In this document: piece after piece, positions 39,198-52,380 of the stretch
Layout: every line of letters starts with the position of its first letter
How positions within the stretch are numbered: position 1 is the stretch's first letter
Assembly: GCA_003427395.1 (NCBI GenBank)
Contig: BFEA01000017.1
Location: forward strand, 4,735,889 to 4,799,153
Origin: Chara braunii
Lineage: Eukaryota > Plantae > Charophyceae
Direction: 5' to 3'
Length of the DNA: 63,265 nucleotides
Position numbers and translations under genes: made by a program
The notes under the pieces: model-generated
What the model was told of the DNA's origin: nothing
Databases searched by the model: none
The model's input: only the letters and a program-made list of their open reading frames with translations

Positions 39198-39647
39198 GGT
39201 TTTCTAGGAACACATCTCATAAACAAAGCCATTCAGGCTAAAGAATATTCGGTGGATCCTAAAGAATATATCCAAGTGGGAACTGGCTTTTTGACGGAGG
39301 TCATCATCACTTTCATCCTGGTGTTCGTGATTTGGGGCACGGCCGTGGACCCCCGCGGCCCGTCGGCCATCGCTCCGTTGATGATCGGGCTCACTATTCT
39401 TGCCAACCACCTGGTCGCTGTTCCAATCACGGGGGCATCCATGAACCCTGCGAGGTCCTTCGGAGCCGTCGTCTGGTCGGGCCAGTGGGCCGACCACTGG
39501 ATCTACTGGATTGGCCCGCTGCTGGGGGCTGCCATTGCCGCCTTGTTCTACGAGTACGTCCTCCTTGCTCCTCCCCCTGCACCGGAACCACAAAGGAAGC
39601 GAGCTCTTGATGCCAATATCACCGACAAGGTTGCTGCTGGGGTCTAG
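39198..39647 (+). CDS. HIP: Aquaporin (MIP family, HIP-like), last exon encoding TM4-TM6 and second NPA box
   Basis: Acceptor ggcag, phase 0, in frame with the upstream exon; translates ...EVIITFILVFVIWGTAVDPRG...ANHLVAVPITGASMNPARSFG...HWIYWIGPLLGAAIAALFYE...; TAG at 39645-39647. Confidence 0.95.
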   Translation, partial: GFLGTHLINKAIQAKEYSVDPKEYIQVGTGFLTEVIITFILVFVIWGTAVDPRGPSAIAPLMIGLTILANHLVAVPITGASMNPARSFGAVVWSGQWADHWIYWIGPLLGAAIAALFYEYVLLAPPPAPEPQRKRALDANITDKVAAGV

Positions 39648-39705
39648 CATGTTCTTCCAGAATGTTCTTTCCTGTTTTGTCCCCCCCTCCCCTCCTCCTT
39701 CCCCC

Positions 39706-39743
39706 CTGTCTCTTATACACATCTAGATGTGTATAAGAGACAG
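39706..39743. other. Nextera mate-pair junction adapter (two inverted Tn5 mosaic ends): assembly artefact
   Basis: Exact CTGTCTCTTATACACATCT + AGATGTGTATAAGAGACAG. Confidence 0.98.
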
Positions 39744-42132
39744 CTCTTGTGCGGGTGTGTTTGCGTATGCATCTCATCATCTTCTTCTTTTTGCGAGTTC
39801 ACCCAACCACAACTTGAGTGTCATGTGGGTAGCGGGCTGCTGCCCCCAAGAGAGTGTTATTTATATTAACTTAGTGCTCAGTATGGGGAACGTAGGCTAG
39901 CAAGTGGCTGCCCCTCAAGGACCATAATATCATTTATAGCTGATGCTTGTACTAGGCTTAACTCTCTAGCTGCAGGCCTATAATTAGCATCGTATTGCCT
40001 CTAACGTGCAATGTTCCGGACGTCGTGCTAAGTTATAAACTTAGAGTGGTTATTGTAGCTTGCACAAGTCCGTCGCCTCTTAACTTTACGCTCTGAGAAG
40101 AACTATCATCATGATCATCATGGTTATTACTTCTGGTATGGCTCTCGGTGTTAAGCGTACGGAAAAAAAGACATTTAAATTATTACTGAGTTACAGTCAG
40201 TAACAGTCAGTAACAGTCAGTAACAGTCAGTAAAAGTGAGTGACTGTAACTCTAGTTAAGAGAAAGAATCTGATCACTAAGTTGAAGTTAAAAAGTTTGA
40301 TGCCAAGAGTTTAATAACTAATCTCCTACCGGGCAGGATCAGATTTAGGAAGCCTAACTTAATAGAGGCTTCTGCAATTAAATGTTAGATCAGACAAGCA
40401 CTCCGAGTCTTATTAGGTTAGTTGCCCCTCTGTTATACTATTAGTATTTACCACTGTCTGATTATAGTTACTCTATTAGTTCCCCCCCGCCATTATACTA
40501 TTAGACTTAAAGAACTTATAAAAGCTAACTTAGAACGTATTCCGGCAAGAAACTAGACTAAGTTCACTTAGAGCTAACTTAGAATGTATTCCTGCAAGCA
40601 AGAAACTAGACTAAGTTAACTTAGAGACTTGCTAGATGTTAGAACATAATTCTGCAAAGTAACGGAATTTCTGTACTGAACAGTTTAGGGTGGCCTGTCT
40701 AAGGGGGTACACTTATTGAGTGCCCACTTATTGAGTGCCCACTTATTGAGGCGCTGGTGATTGTAAGGAGCTGCTCGTGGAACGTATAAAGGTAGTTGCT
40801 TGCTAACCTCCGGAGCCTCACTAGAATTCTAGTGAGTTGAATTAGGATGGGCCAATTCTAGTGCAGGGGCAGCTAGTTTACATGTGACTGAGGGGATTTT
40901 AGCTGATCTCTGTAACAATTTTGAAACCTCCACACTGTCCACAGTAAAAGTATCTCCGACGGCCCCCTGCAAACTGTTCATTTTTCTTGTCTAGTACAAG
41001 TATCAGGCCAGGATCTACAGTGCCGGGGCCCCCCGGTAGCGGTTCGGTTCGGTGGAAAAGGGTACCATAATTATTTTTCCCTCACAGCGGCACTGTAGAT
41101 TTTGGGCTCGGGCAAAGGCCGCAACTTTTCGTTTGCCAAAAAATAGGTCCGGATGGAGTGGTGGTTTGGTTTAATATTGTACAAAGCTTTCCGTGTCCAA
41201 CTCTTCCCTTTCGCTTACGTTGTAATTGGAGGGCTGAACTTGAAGACATGATGATGAGTGATACATCACAGAGAGCGTGGCACTGGCTGCCAGGCATCCG
41301 CACTGCTCTCTGTCCCCTCTGTCTCCCTCTCTCTCCTCTCCCTCTTCTCTTTTTTCTTCTCGCTCTCCTCGGCATCTTCTCTCTGTCTCTCTCCTCCCCT
41401 CCCCCCCCCCCCCTCCCCCCCCTCGCTCTCTGTGCTCGCCTTGCTCTTTTCTTCCTCTTGAACGGAGGTTGTTTATTACATGAACTAGCCCAAAAAAGAC
41501 AAGTGACCCCACTGCAGCTCGGTGGCGGCATGGCATGATGGAGTACGTCAGAACTCTGTCTGTCAGCCTGTCCGTCCGTCATGAGCTGTCTGTCTGCATG
41601 TGGCCACCATGCAGGCAGGAAAGCATGATCATGCGATCCTGTACCTGGTCGCTCTCCATTTGAACTTGAAGCGTGCCGGCATGACTTCCTTCGTGATGGC
41701 ACGCTAGATGCATTGCATGTGACCTAGGGGCTCCATAAGACACCACAAAATATAATCTAAAAATATGGACAAGTGGGACAGTAAATCAGGAGGAAAGGGG
41801 AGAGCAAAAGATATCATGGAAGGAAGGTGCAGATGCAGCTCAGGGGAGCGGCTGCGGCGGCGGACTTGGTGCTCATCATCTCACTGAGAAGGCAAGATGA
41901 AAATGTGGCGGGTGCATCTGGCCATCTTACAGCAGCCTGAGGATGTTCGTTCTCATTTTGCACACTTCGAGAGTGGTGTGGCAATGCCCATCATCTCATT
42001 GAGAGTGGTGTGTCTTAAAGAAAGATCCCTGCAGTGTGTTTGTAGCATGATTGCCCGCTGTCTTATGGCCAGCTTTCAGTCTGTCAGTGGGCCAGAGGAG
42101 AGGGGGGCGGGGGGGGTTCAGTTAGACCATAA

Positions 42133-42297
42133 GGGCCTGGCCACACCACTGTCGAAATGAAAACAGAAGGAATGCATCTGCCGCAGAAAGTGGTAAGATG
42201 CATCCATTGCTATTCATAGTAATGGATGCATCTTGTCCTCCTCCGCGGGAAGGTGCATTCGTTCGTTTTTCATTTCGACGGTGTTGTGGCGAGGCCC
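42133..42297. mobile_element. PIF/Harbinger-like palindromic MITE
   Basis: gggcc..gccacacc..gtcgaaatgaaaa / ttttcatttcgac..tgtggc..ggccc; flanks taa / tca. Confidence 0.65.
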
Positions 42298-43419
42298 TCA
42301 CAGTCTTCCCTTTTTGGGCTTATTGAGGCCAAACTTTAAGTGGCTGGTACTACCGCAAGTACATCCATTGCCCCACAGCTGCAGGCCGTCCAGTACGTTC
42401 AGCGTGCGGACTGCAGAGGTGTGGCATACCGCTGCATTCTGGATTGTAATCAATGCGTGAGGCTTCACATGTCACAGTGAACTCATTCTGTAGACAGTGT
42501 CATGCAGTAGACTAAGTGGTCTCAGAACAAATGTTATATTATAGCTTCAGGTGTACTAGATAACGAATAAATCCCTCTGGAATTGTCTTGCAGTGTGCTC
42601 CCACCTCTCTCCTCCTCCTCTTCCTCCTCCTCCTCCTCCTCCTCGTCCTCCTCCTCCTCCGACTCCTCCGACTCCTCAGACTCCTCCTCCGGCTCGTCCT
42701 CCAACTCCTCCGACTCCTCTGACTCCTACGACTCCTTGGCTGCTTCTTTATAATTGCTCCCTTAGTATTATCAGCAAACCAAATCATTAGGTGGGAGTAT
42801 AGCAGTCGACTCCAGATCAAGGGTGTCTGAGAGTGGATCGCACATCAGGACTACTGCCTATTAATCTTTCCGATGTATTCAAAAATTGTCAGACGGACGG
42901 CAGAACTGTTGCAACAGTTGCTGTTATTATACATAATGTATTGCTGGTCATGACAAATTAAATGTGCAGATAGTAGACTGAGATAGTCCTCTCAGGATGT
43001 CACACAAGTCAGTGGCAGGCTGGCAGTGGGATGTCATGTTGACACTGCAGACTTCTTGCGATTGGAGGCGACAGACTATCGAGAATGCAACCGGTGAAGA
43101 CTACTTATTAGGAATGAGAGGGACAACCTAGAACTGATGAAACTGCCAGTTGGAGGAAGTGGAACGAGTTCAAGAGGATGGCCAGAGTCACACTGCAAGC
43201 TTGGAGGAAGCGCACTGGACGTTTCCACCTGCTGCCCGTGTGAATACGTCTACACCATAGTTGTGTCCCTTTAGTGAAGGTGTTTATCTCGCCTGCTAGC
43301 ATCCAAGTGCCCTAAGTTATTCAAGATGGACTGTGTCATGCACTGCGCGATGACACCTTTCAGCAGATGATATCATATGTGGCAAGTGTGTATGTGTGCA
43401 GGTGTGCATTATTGTGTGT

Positions 43420-43498
<79 letters not shown>

Positions 43499-45299
43499 TG
43501 CATACCCAGTATAAGTCCGAGGCAATGCAAACTTTTGAAGTCCAAAGATCACCAAAATGAGGAAGAGGTACAGTGTGACAAAGTGGAAGACTGACAACAG
43601 ATAGGACTGACCTGACAATGCAGCAAAATGACAATGTGGCTCAGATCCGATCTCAAGCCAGCAGGGGATGACTTCCCCAACTCCGTTAATATCCATGTAG
43701 AATCAAAGCGAGTGCAAGGTCGGCAATCTTCATGTCGTTAAGCGCAAAGTGCACATGCACGCACCTGCGTGCCCTGAAAGGCACACTTGCACACATGAAT
43801 AAGGGGCCACTGGCAGGCAAGAAACCATACTCGCCAACTTGCATATTGCTCGTCTGCATTAATCCCATGCTCTAGCAGAGCCTGCTAGGTACCCCCACGT
43901 ACTTCGTGGTACACCCCTCTTCAGATGTCATTTACCGGACTCTCTGCAATAAAGGGCATATTAACCAGTTACTCCCTACTCAGTCTCTGTCCCCATTGAC
44001 AGCACAGGAGATATTTGCTATAATTGCACATTGGCATAGAGTCATAGACAGATGTCATTGACTGGACTATGCCTGAACTTAAGGTTCGTGCACACGTCTA
44101 GATACAATGACTGGATAATGCCCTAAGGTTCATGCAACACAGAAGGCTATTATAATTTATAATAGAAAAACAGAGAACTCAGGGGTGATGAGCGGCCGTT
44201 TCGTGAACTTATATCACTCTTTCACCGACACATGAGGAGCCTCAGGATGAACCCCTGATGGTTTGCAGAATCTCCTGACGATGCATTGATGTCATAAGTT
44301 CTCATAACCTGCTTAAAAAAAAAAANAAAAAAAAAAAAAAAAAAAACGTACTATCATGTTGTAAAGAGAGAAAAAAAAAAAAAAAAAAAAGTAGCGAAAG
44401 TGTGCAGTGCGGCATGGAGAACACAACGTATAGCGAGGCATAGCAGGTGGGTGGCGAGCGCACAGCAACACAGCGAGGCACACAGCACGGTATGCCCTGA
44501 GTCTTTTCCGTCGGGAATAGAATGCCCGGTCAGTATAGTAGCTTGTATATAGACTGAAAGTGGCCCCAAATACAGCCATAATGACTGGGCGTTCTAGTAT
44601 CTGGGTGAAGATGAGGATAGTCAGAATACGGCAAGACAAGTGGGCGGGCGGGAGGGCACAAAGATGGTCACACAACAATGAAGTATGCACCAGGCACACC
44701 TAGGCAGCACAAACCAAGGCAAGTGAGTGTGTACTAGGTGGATGGATGGGTAGGCCAGCACACAAGCCTTCAACACTGGGACCTGCTTAAGGAGGGCGCT
44801 CTTATCACCTCGCTAAGCAGGACTCCTGGAATGTGATGTTTGAAAAAAAAAAAAAAAAAAAAAAAAAAACTGTTAGACAACAAGGCAGGGAGGAAGGCAA
44901 GCAGGGCTCCATATCCGGCAAGTAGAGAGAATACAACAATTCACGCACCGCCAGGAAGGCAAACAGGGCCAACACAGCAAGGCTCCGTATCTGTTGTGGG
45001 TAGTGTCAGTCTGGTTCCTTCTTCACCGGCAAGTCAAGAGAATACAACAATTTACGCACAGTGTCATACGCTTCTTTCCGTCTGGCCGAAGGAACCCTGA
45101 GCCCCATTGATTGCCCCAAATAATGGAGGATTGACTGTCAGATCATGGCCTTTTCCCTGTAATTCCTCTCAGGCTCTCTCGTAGTGAGTGAACCTCTCAG
45201 ATATTGGACAGGGATGCAAGAAAACCAGAGAACACAAACTGCAACTGAATTCCCTTCCCTGCCCCCTGCCCGGTCGTGGGTAGGCGTCTCCTTAAGTTT

Positions 45300-47940
45300 G
45301 ATCTTGTGGCAGAACTATGTTGCTTTTCTGAGGTCTTGTGGTTCTGATGGTGAGTACCACTTGGTCCCTGGGTCCGAGCAGAGTTGTGCCAGTCCTTCCA
45401 CCGGGCGATAAAGTCCTTGAATGTCTGCTATCTTTCCTCCGGCCAGCCAGGTTCGCGTAAAATTTTGCCCCAAGTTCTTGCTCCTTGTCCAGATTGTTTT
45501 CTGCAATTCAATTTGGATCTTGACTTTTCTCCACTGACGTAGTAGAATCTCCGCCTCCATTAGTGATTTACTTGTCGCCCATCCCTTCTTACGCGGATTA
45601 CATGAGTTCTCCAGTGTTCTGCTGCAGCCTCTTTCCTTCCATATTACCCAGAGCAGAGTGTCGCCTTACGCATTTGTCCGAAGTTCCAGACCAGATGCGT
45701 TCCGTAAATTTTGCCAGAGTGAGTAGGGGCGTTAGTTGATAAGAGTAATATTTGGATTGTGTGTTCCGGCAAGGACGAGGACGAGGACAAATGATGGTCC
45801 CATAGGACGGATGCTCTAGCCCAATTATAGTCTGTTGCCTTCTTACATCTGATCAGGCAGTGTATGAAGTCTTCCTGTTCCTTGTCTGAGCATTACGAAT
45901 GACAGATTTGTGCTGTTTGGGTCATTTTTCCTTCTTCTTCTTCTGATGTGTAGCCAGTTGTTCCCTGGCAGTGCCGCGTAGGCAATGAGCCATGATAGGA
46001 GACTTGTGATTTTAACTACTTGTGATTTTAACTACTTGGTGATTTTAACTGGGCGAATCGATCTGTACTTTTGCCACCGTGGCGGTAAACTTGGTGATTT
46101 GGTCCGCTTTGGAGCCTATTCATTTGAGCCCGTCTGTGTTTGATTACAGGCTGAGCCCCTCAGGGTCCTTTGTCCTCAGCAGTATAGTGTAGCCCATTCT
46201 GACCGTGTAGTCTGTTACGTGAGTGGGAATTTTGCCGAGTTCTGTCTGTTCTTGGCAGAGGGCCAGGCCCATTCATGTGGGTCGAATTGCAACGCTTGGA
46301 TTGCAGTGTCCATTTGAAAGATTTTCTTAGGCCAGAGGCCCAAGACTCTGACATTCCGGAGCATGAATGTGTTGAGCACTGACCATTATGGGTCTGTGTT
46401 ATTGATGTGGAGGGGGAGATGAGAGGGTCAGGCCCATTCATGTGGGTCGAGCTGGAGTTGCAGCTCGACCCACATGAATGGGCCTGACCCTCTCATCTCC
46501 CCCTCCACATCTCCATTTGAAATATTGTCTTAGGCCAGAGGCCCAAGGCTCTGACATTCCGGAGCGTGAATGTGTTGAGCACTGACCAATGTGGGTCTGT
46601 GTTATGGATGTGGAGGGGGAGATGATGGGGTTGGCTAGGTTCACCGGGAACGAGGTAAATGTGCAAAGGAGGTCTAGTCCTAGCGATCTATGGGAGAAGT
46701 GGTAGACTTGGTTCAAAATGCTCCATTCTCCTGACTCTCATGTGAAATCTTCTTTTAGTAGGTCCTCCCAACTGTCCGGGGTGATATTAATTACTGTTTG
46801 AAGGTTTTCGCCGCGATGGTGACAGCCTTTTAAGTTTTAAGTGACTCATAAGAGTTTGTCCATCGATCCAGTGTCTCTTGTCTTCATCGCATATGTGACT
46901 TACCTGCCATACGCCATGTCTCACCCATGAGAGTGACAGTGGATGGATGGTCCCCAGATTCCCTCACGCATGAATTCCTAAAAAGGGGCTGGCGTAGGAC
47001 TTCTTCTTTAGATTTGGGTTTCTTTACTTTTTTCCGGCACGATTTCTCTCCATATGTAAAGTAGAGCAGTCCAGTGGGTAGTAGGGAGTCGTGTTTCATT
47101 CTGCGGAGTGCTGAGTGATCGCTTTTTGCGGCCGGTTTTGGGGCAGCTCCATTCTTTATTCATAACCCAGAACAGGCCAGACATGTTGGTCGGTCTTTGG
47201 ATATGGGCTATTAGAGATCTTATGCTGTATAGCGCTACTGTCTTCACCCGAATAGAACGCCCTGTCCTTATAGCCGTATTCGGTCCAACTTGCAGCCTAC
47301 ATACAGCGATAATGACCGGGCGTTCTATTCAGGCGAAGATGGTAGTTTATGCCATGCTAGCCTTGGTTGAGTTAGTAGCTTGACTATCCATTTGATCTGA
47401 AGGGCTTTCGTTTGAATCCTGCTTGGGATCGATAATCCCTAGTTATCCCCTTTGGAAGGTTTCCTCATCACGGTGATAAAATGCCAAGCAATCTTGGGGA
47501 TATAGTTGGTTTCATTCACTGACAGGTCACCTGACCAAAGATAGGCCCTTCCTCTTCGGTTCAGATCCTTAATGGTGTGGTCTGGTATAGTCCAGATCGA
47601 CGCAATATACCACATCATGGAGAAGATTGAGGTATTGATAGTCAAGGCTCTCCATAGTAGGTCCTGGAGTGAAGTGAACGTATTGCCCCATCGACCCAAT
47701 GGCATTCTATTGATTTGATTGGTCAGCAGAATCTGATTCCGTCAGTAAGCCATTTGAGGAGCCGGGGAGATGGGCCCTCTTTAGTTACCTGAGGCCCCAG
47801 GTGTCTTGTGGGTTCATCTGGTTTTTCTTACGTCATCCCTCCTTCTCGTCCGTCAAGCCGGCGAGGTTCTTCTTCCGACATCCACCATTCTAATACTATA
47901 CACTGATTATGTGAGATTCTGACGGCACCGGCATCTTAAG
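45300..47940 (-). mobile_element. Decayed L1/Tx1-type retrotransposon, ORF2 3' half
   Basis: Minus-strand RHLG, MMWYIASIW..RAYLWSG..KIAWHFIT, GIIDP, and a CCHC-like knuckle ICHS*CSDKEQEDFIHCLIRC near 45840-45910; ends approximate. Confidence 0.85.
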
Positions 47941-49225
47941 CATCTAGTAGCAGCTATAATACACAGAGAAAAAGCTTAAATGGTATGCGAGGCCAGAGCA
48001 TTTGGCACGAGAAAGAGGGGCACATCACATCAAAGTCAATTGTCTGTAGACGGGCACTAGCTAGACGACACTGTGCATCAAGCGTCCGTTGGCTGCAGAA
48101 TCTCAGTACTAAGCCATCGACTGGCCTCTTGTGTGACTCTGTCAGTAGCCCGGGCAACAGCGGTACGAGCACCACCACCAATGCATCGGGCTCCAGTGAT
48201 AACCTCCTGCTCCAGAGGCATCCAAACAGATACTGCGGTGGCGGATGCCGCCATAAGTTCAGACGCCATCAGAGGGCAAGGGACATCACCAGTGTGAAAG
48301 CTCTCTTCTGAGATCGATTACGATGGAGTTAGGGTCGGATCAGCACACGCCACACGGCATTGACTGTGAAATATTAAACTTGAGAATGGTACCAAAAGAG
48401 GCGCCCTCGACGGATCAGATCCGTCGGGTGTCGCCGACTCCGGGAACAGTAGGCAGGCTGAGCAAAATCTTCTTCCTCCTCTTCTCAAGTCCATGATCGA
48501 AATATAACAGCCTCAATCCCTTTCACTAAATACAGCACAAAGTTGTTTCGCCTGGCGTCTGTTGCTTTCCGGTTGTTCTATCCTCACATCAAAGTGACCA
48601 AATCGCCCACGCACTGCACGATCTGAGTTGCCGCTTTGATATAGCGCAGTCCCTTACTCTCTCTGACAGTCCACTAATGGTTAATAGGCGGTGTCATTTC
48701 GCCTGTTTTTCTTTTTATTTACATTTGTATTATGCGCCTGCATTGCTTGTTCGTGAAATTTTCGACGGCATTGCTTGTGGTGATGCGGCGAAAACCCCCG
48801 AATTTCGGGCCTTCCATTAACCATCTCTCGACTGAAGGAACACCGAGATGATGATAAGGACTGAAACAATCAATGTGTATGCAAATAGACAAGAAATTGA
48901 GCAATGTAGCAACAGCGGAAGACTGAAAGAAATGACCTGACCCATCAGACTCAGACTAGACTCACACACATACATTAGCACACATCACACAGCAAGGAGG
49001 GACTTCGAGGCATGCAGCGAAGAAAGGTCCCTCCTTCCACATGCACATGGGAAGATAACCACGGATGATAATGGGGCAGAAGAGATGTAGATGGAGAGGG
49101 GAGAGAAGACAAGAGTAGAACGTGTAATCGTCCAAAAATAGTCTCCCCATCAAATGTCCAACAAACGTCTGTCCTCAGAATGTCGAATCAGACCCAAGGC
49201 GATCAAGGCCCGATAATAGTCCCTT

Positions 49226-49228
<3 letters not shown>

Positions 49229-49307
<79 letters not shown>

Positions 49308-49308
49308 N

Positions 49309-49380
<72 letters not shown>

Positions 49381-49389
49381 CTCTCTTGT

Positions 49390-49421
<32 letters not shown>

Positions 49422-49446
49422 AAGAAGAAGAAGAAGAAGAAGAAGA
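49229..49446. repeat. Compound microsatellite (CT)n + (GAA)n; other SSRs at 30652-30716, 31135-31203, 42605-42735, 43413-43497, 51224-51291, 60480-60575
   Basis: Directly visible simple repeats, several abutting assembly gaps. Confidence 0.95.
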
Positions 49447-51223
49447 GTGACTGTGGATGGTCAGAAGAGAAGATGGAGCAGAAGAGAAGAAGAAGAAGTA
49501 TTCTCTCTCTCACCTGATCCTGATGGTGCCAAGATACTGACCAGCGAAGATGGTGGTCCTCTGATGCAGGTCGCGGGAGTGAAGGCCAGCTATGGCGCCC
49601 AGGTACCACGTGACCATCTCCTACTGCATGCCAGGCTCTCCAGCCTCCGCTCTCCTACTACCTCCTACTCCGCTATCTCTAACTCCAATCTCTGCTCAGC
49701 TGGAATCGCGCTTCTTCAGGCAGCATAACGCCCAAGAACCGTTCCACCCCGATTGTCCAGTGCTGAAGGACTGGCCCAGTGGCCCAGCTATGTGCCGCTG
49801 GGCCTGGCTAACTGGTTCACGGTCTGCGACCAGGGCCGTCTGATCTAACATCTGATTGACGCTCCTGATGGCAGGCCCAAGTCCTGGTCCTGTGAACAGG
49901 ATGAATAAACGGACTGCCCGGGTCCCTACCGGACATCCAGGCCCTCTGCAGGAACTGTGAGAAATTGTGGACTGGGCCAGCCACAAAAAGACGACCACCA
50001 GGTCCCAGTTCCGCCTAGGATGAAACTGAACCTGGCCCACCTCAGCCTCCGACATCATGGCCCATTGGTCCGAACAGGCACAGTCCCGTTCGGACTGTAG
50101 AAAGTCCGAAACAGCACAATGTCATCTGCAATAGACGGAAACGGACCAGACAAAACCCTAAAGGGCCTAAACCCAAATGACATATCTGGAACTGTTACAG
50201 ACAAAAATGGACCAGACAAAACTCGGCGAAAAGATAAACAAACAGAAGCAGGGGTCTAGTTGCACCTCTTGCCATCCGCCAAGATTTTGAATGCACCCGG
50301 ACATGAATGTGTCCAGATGTATTCAAAATCTCGGCTAATGGCGAGTGGTGCAACTAAGACCTCAGATTTGGAAATCTCACATTATCTCAGCAAAAAAGTT
50401 GAAAAAAAACAGATCAAGGCAGTAACTTCCCAGAAAGAGGCAGATTCGTCAGTCTGTATCAGATTCTGTGCAAGTCATTGCAGTCCGAAGAGTTCAGGGA
50501 CGGGCTGCACACCACATTCAAATAAACACATGTTCCATAAATAACAAATATTTGGAAACAAAGGCGGACGCGGCAGGTTCTGAGTTCGAAAAGCAAAAAC
50601 ACATGAAATGGCACTGAAGAAAAGGCGGCAGTTTGGAAAGGCAAAAAAGAGGACCAAGCGGTAATATCAGGCCCCCTGTTCGAAAAAGCGGTCATGTAAG
50701 GTCCTACACGGTCCCAGCCCCGTCCCTCGCCCTCGTCCCGGAAGAGGAAGACGAGGACAAAAGCAGAGGAACATGGAANNNNNNNNNNNNNNNNNNNNNN
50801 NNNNNNNNNNNNNNNNNNNNNNNNNNNNNNNNNNNNNNNNNNNNNNNNNNNNNNNNNNNNNNNNNNNNNNNNNNNNNNNNNNNNNNNNNNNNNNNNNNNN
50901 NNNNNNNNNNNNNNNNNNNNNNNNNNNNNNNNNNNNNNNNNNNNNNNNNNNNNNNNNNNNNNNNNNNNNNNNNNNNNNNNNNNNNNNNNNNNNNNNNNNN
51001 NNNNNNNNNNNNNNNNNNNNNNNNNNNNNNNNNNNNNNNNNNNNNNNNNNNNNNNNNNNNNNNNNNNNNNNNNNNNNNNNNNNNNNNNNNNNNNNNNNNN
51101 NNNNNNNNNNNNNNNNNNNNNNNNNNNNNNNNNNNNNNNNNNNNNNNNNNNNNNNNNNNNNNNNNNNNNNNNNNNNNNNNNNNNNNNNNNNNNNNNNNNN
51201 NNNNNNNNNNNNNNNNNNNNNNN

Positions 51224-51292
<69 letters not shown>

Positions 51293-51559
51293 ATTTTTCA
51301 TAGTGCAGAAATGTGGCTGGATTCATTCGACAAAGGCCCCTGCCCTCTCTCTCTTTCTCAAGTGAACTAATTCATTTGCGTGTGTGTTGTCATATTCGCT
51401 GTGCAGTATGCACAAAAACAAAGCATGTATTCAGTGTACTGTGGAGCCGTATATTTAAGTTTTAAATATAAATATGTCATAATTCCTGACACAGCTGGTG
51501 TGATTTCTTCATGGTAAAGTTGGGGAGTGCTCTCTCCATCTAGTCAAGACCTCCTCTTC

Positions 51560-51721
51560 TTTTTTTCCTTTCTTTCAAAAGGCTGACAGCCTTGAGGTAT
51601 AATCTTTAAGCTGACCAACCCCAGGTAAATTCACTGTACTCATCGGACTCTATCTGGATTCGAACTCAGGACTGTATTTGAACAGTTCGTCCGTGACTCG
51701 GTGTACCAACTGATCTAGACC
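51560..51721 (-). mobile_element. tRNA-headed SINE, copy 2
   Basis: Minus strand ggtctagatcagttggtacacc...gagttcgaatcc (A and B boxes), the same body as the 9532 copy, and an A-rich end. Confidence 0.7.
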
Positions 51722-51749
51722 AGTTAGTGAACCATTTTTTCATTTGTAT

Positions 51750-51795
<46 letters not shown>

Positions 51796-51940
51796 GCTAC
51801 CTCTTAGCCACTGATCCAGCAGATGTAGATCATGTACGACAGCGATATTACAGTATGAACTGTTCATCCTCTCCCTGAGACATGCCAAGAAGACAGACCC
51901 ATGCAGCAAAGATTCACTGTTGGCTGTGTAGACTCAGGCC

Positions 51941-52380
51941 TTTTTTTTTTCGTTTGTTTGAGTTAAGGCCCTTTTTGCAAGACCTCTATCCTGGTGGTGG
52001 TAAGAGAACCACCGGGATTGAGGCTTTGCCTAGCGGGCCGCTCCATCTATTGGTGGGGAGCAACACCTGCTGGAAACCGGGTCCAGTGTCCCATAAATAC
52101 ATCTTGCTGCACAGTAGCATAATGAGAGTGGCGCCCAGGTGCTGGAAACCGGGTCCAGCGTCCCATATCCCTTCTATTCTTTCATACCTAGCCTGCAGCA
52201 GGGTTGGGTGTTGGGGGGGGGACCACCGGGGGGCACCAGTGGAGTCTCCCTCCATCCCCTAGCCTCTGCTATCCACCAGCTATCCTTTTGGCGCCCATTG
52301 TACTTTACCATAGTCTGTGTTTGAAGGCCGATGCTCCAGAAAACAGGCTGTAATAATATCTGCCAAGATCGGCCAAAGTC
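51941..52380 (-). mobile_element. Second copy of the poly(A) retro-element family seen at 55834-56677
   Basis: Reverse complement aligns by eye with 56322-56650 over about 340 bp, plus ggccgatcttggca matching 55877; poly(T) at 51941-51950. Confidence 0.85.

Noticed and set aside
39706-39743. Genuine Tn5/IS50 ends or horizontal transfer
   Set aside because: The mosaic end is synthetic, and the back-to-back arrangement is the library junction adapter.
40000-40900. Solo LTR
   Set aside because: Contains short tandem repeats, but no TG..CA termini with TSD, PBS or PPT could be identified.
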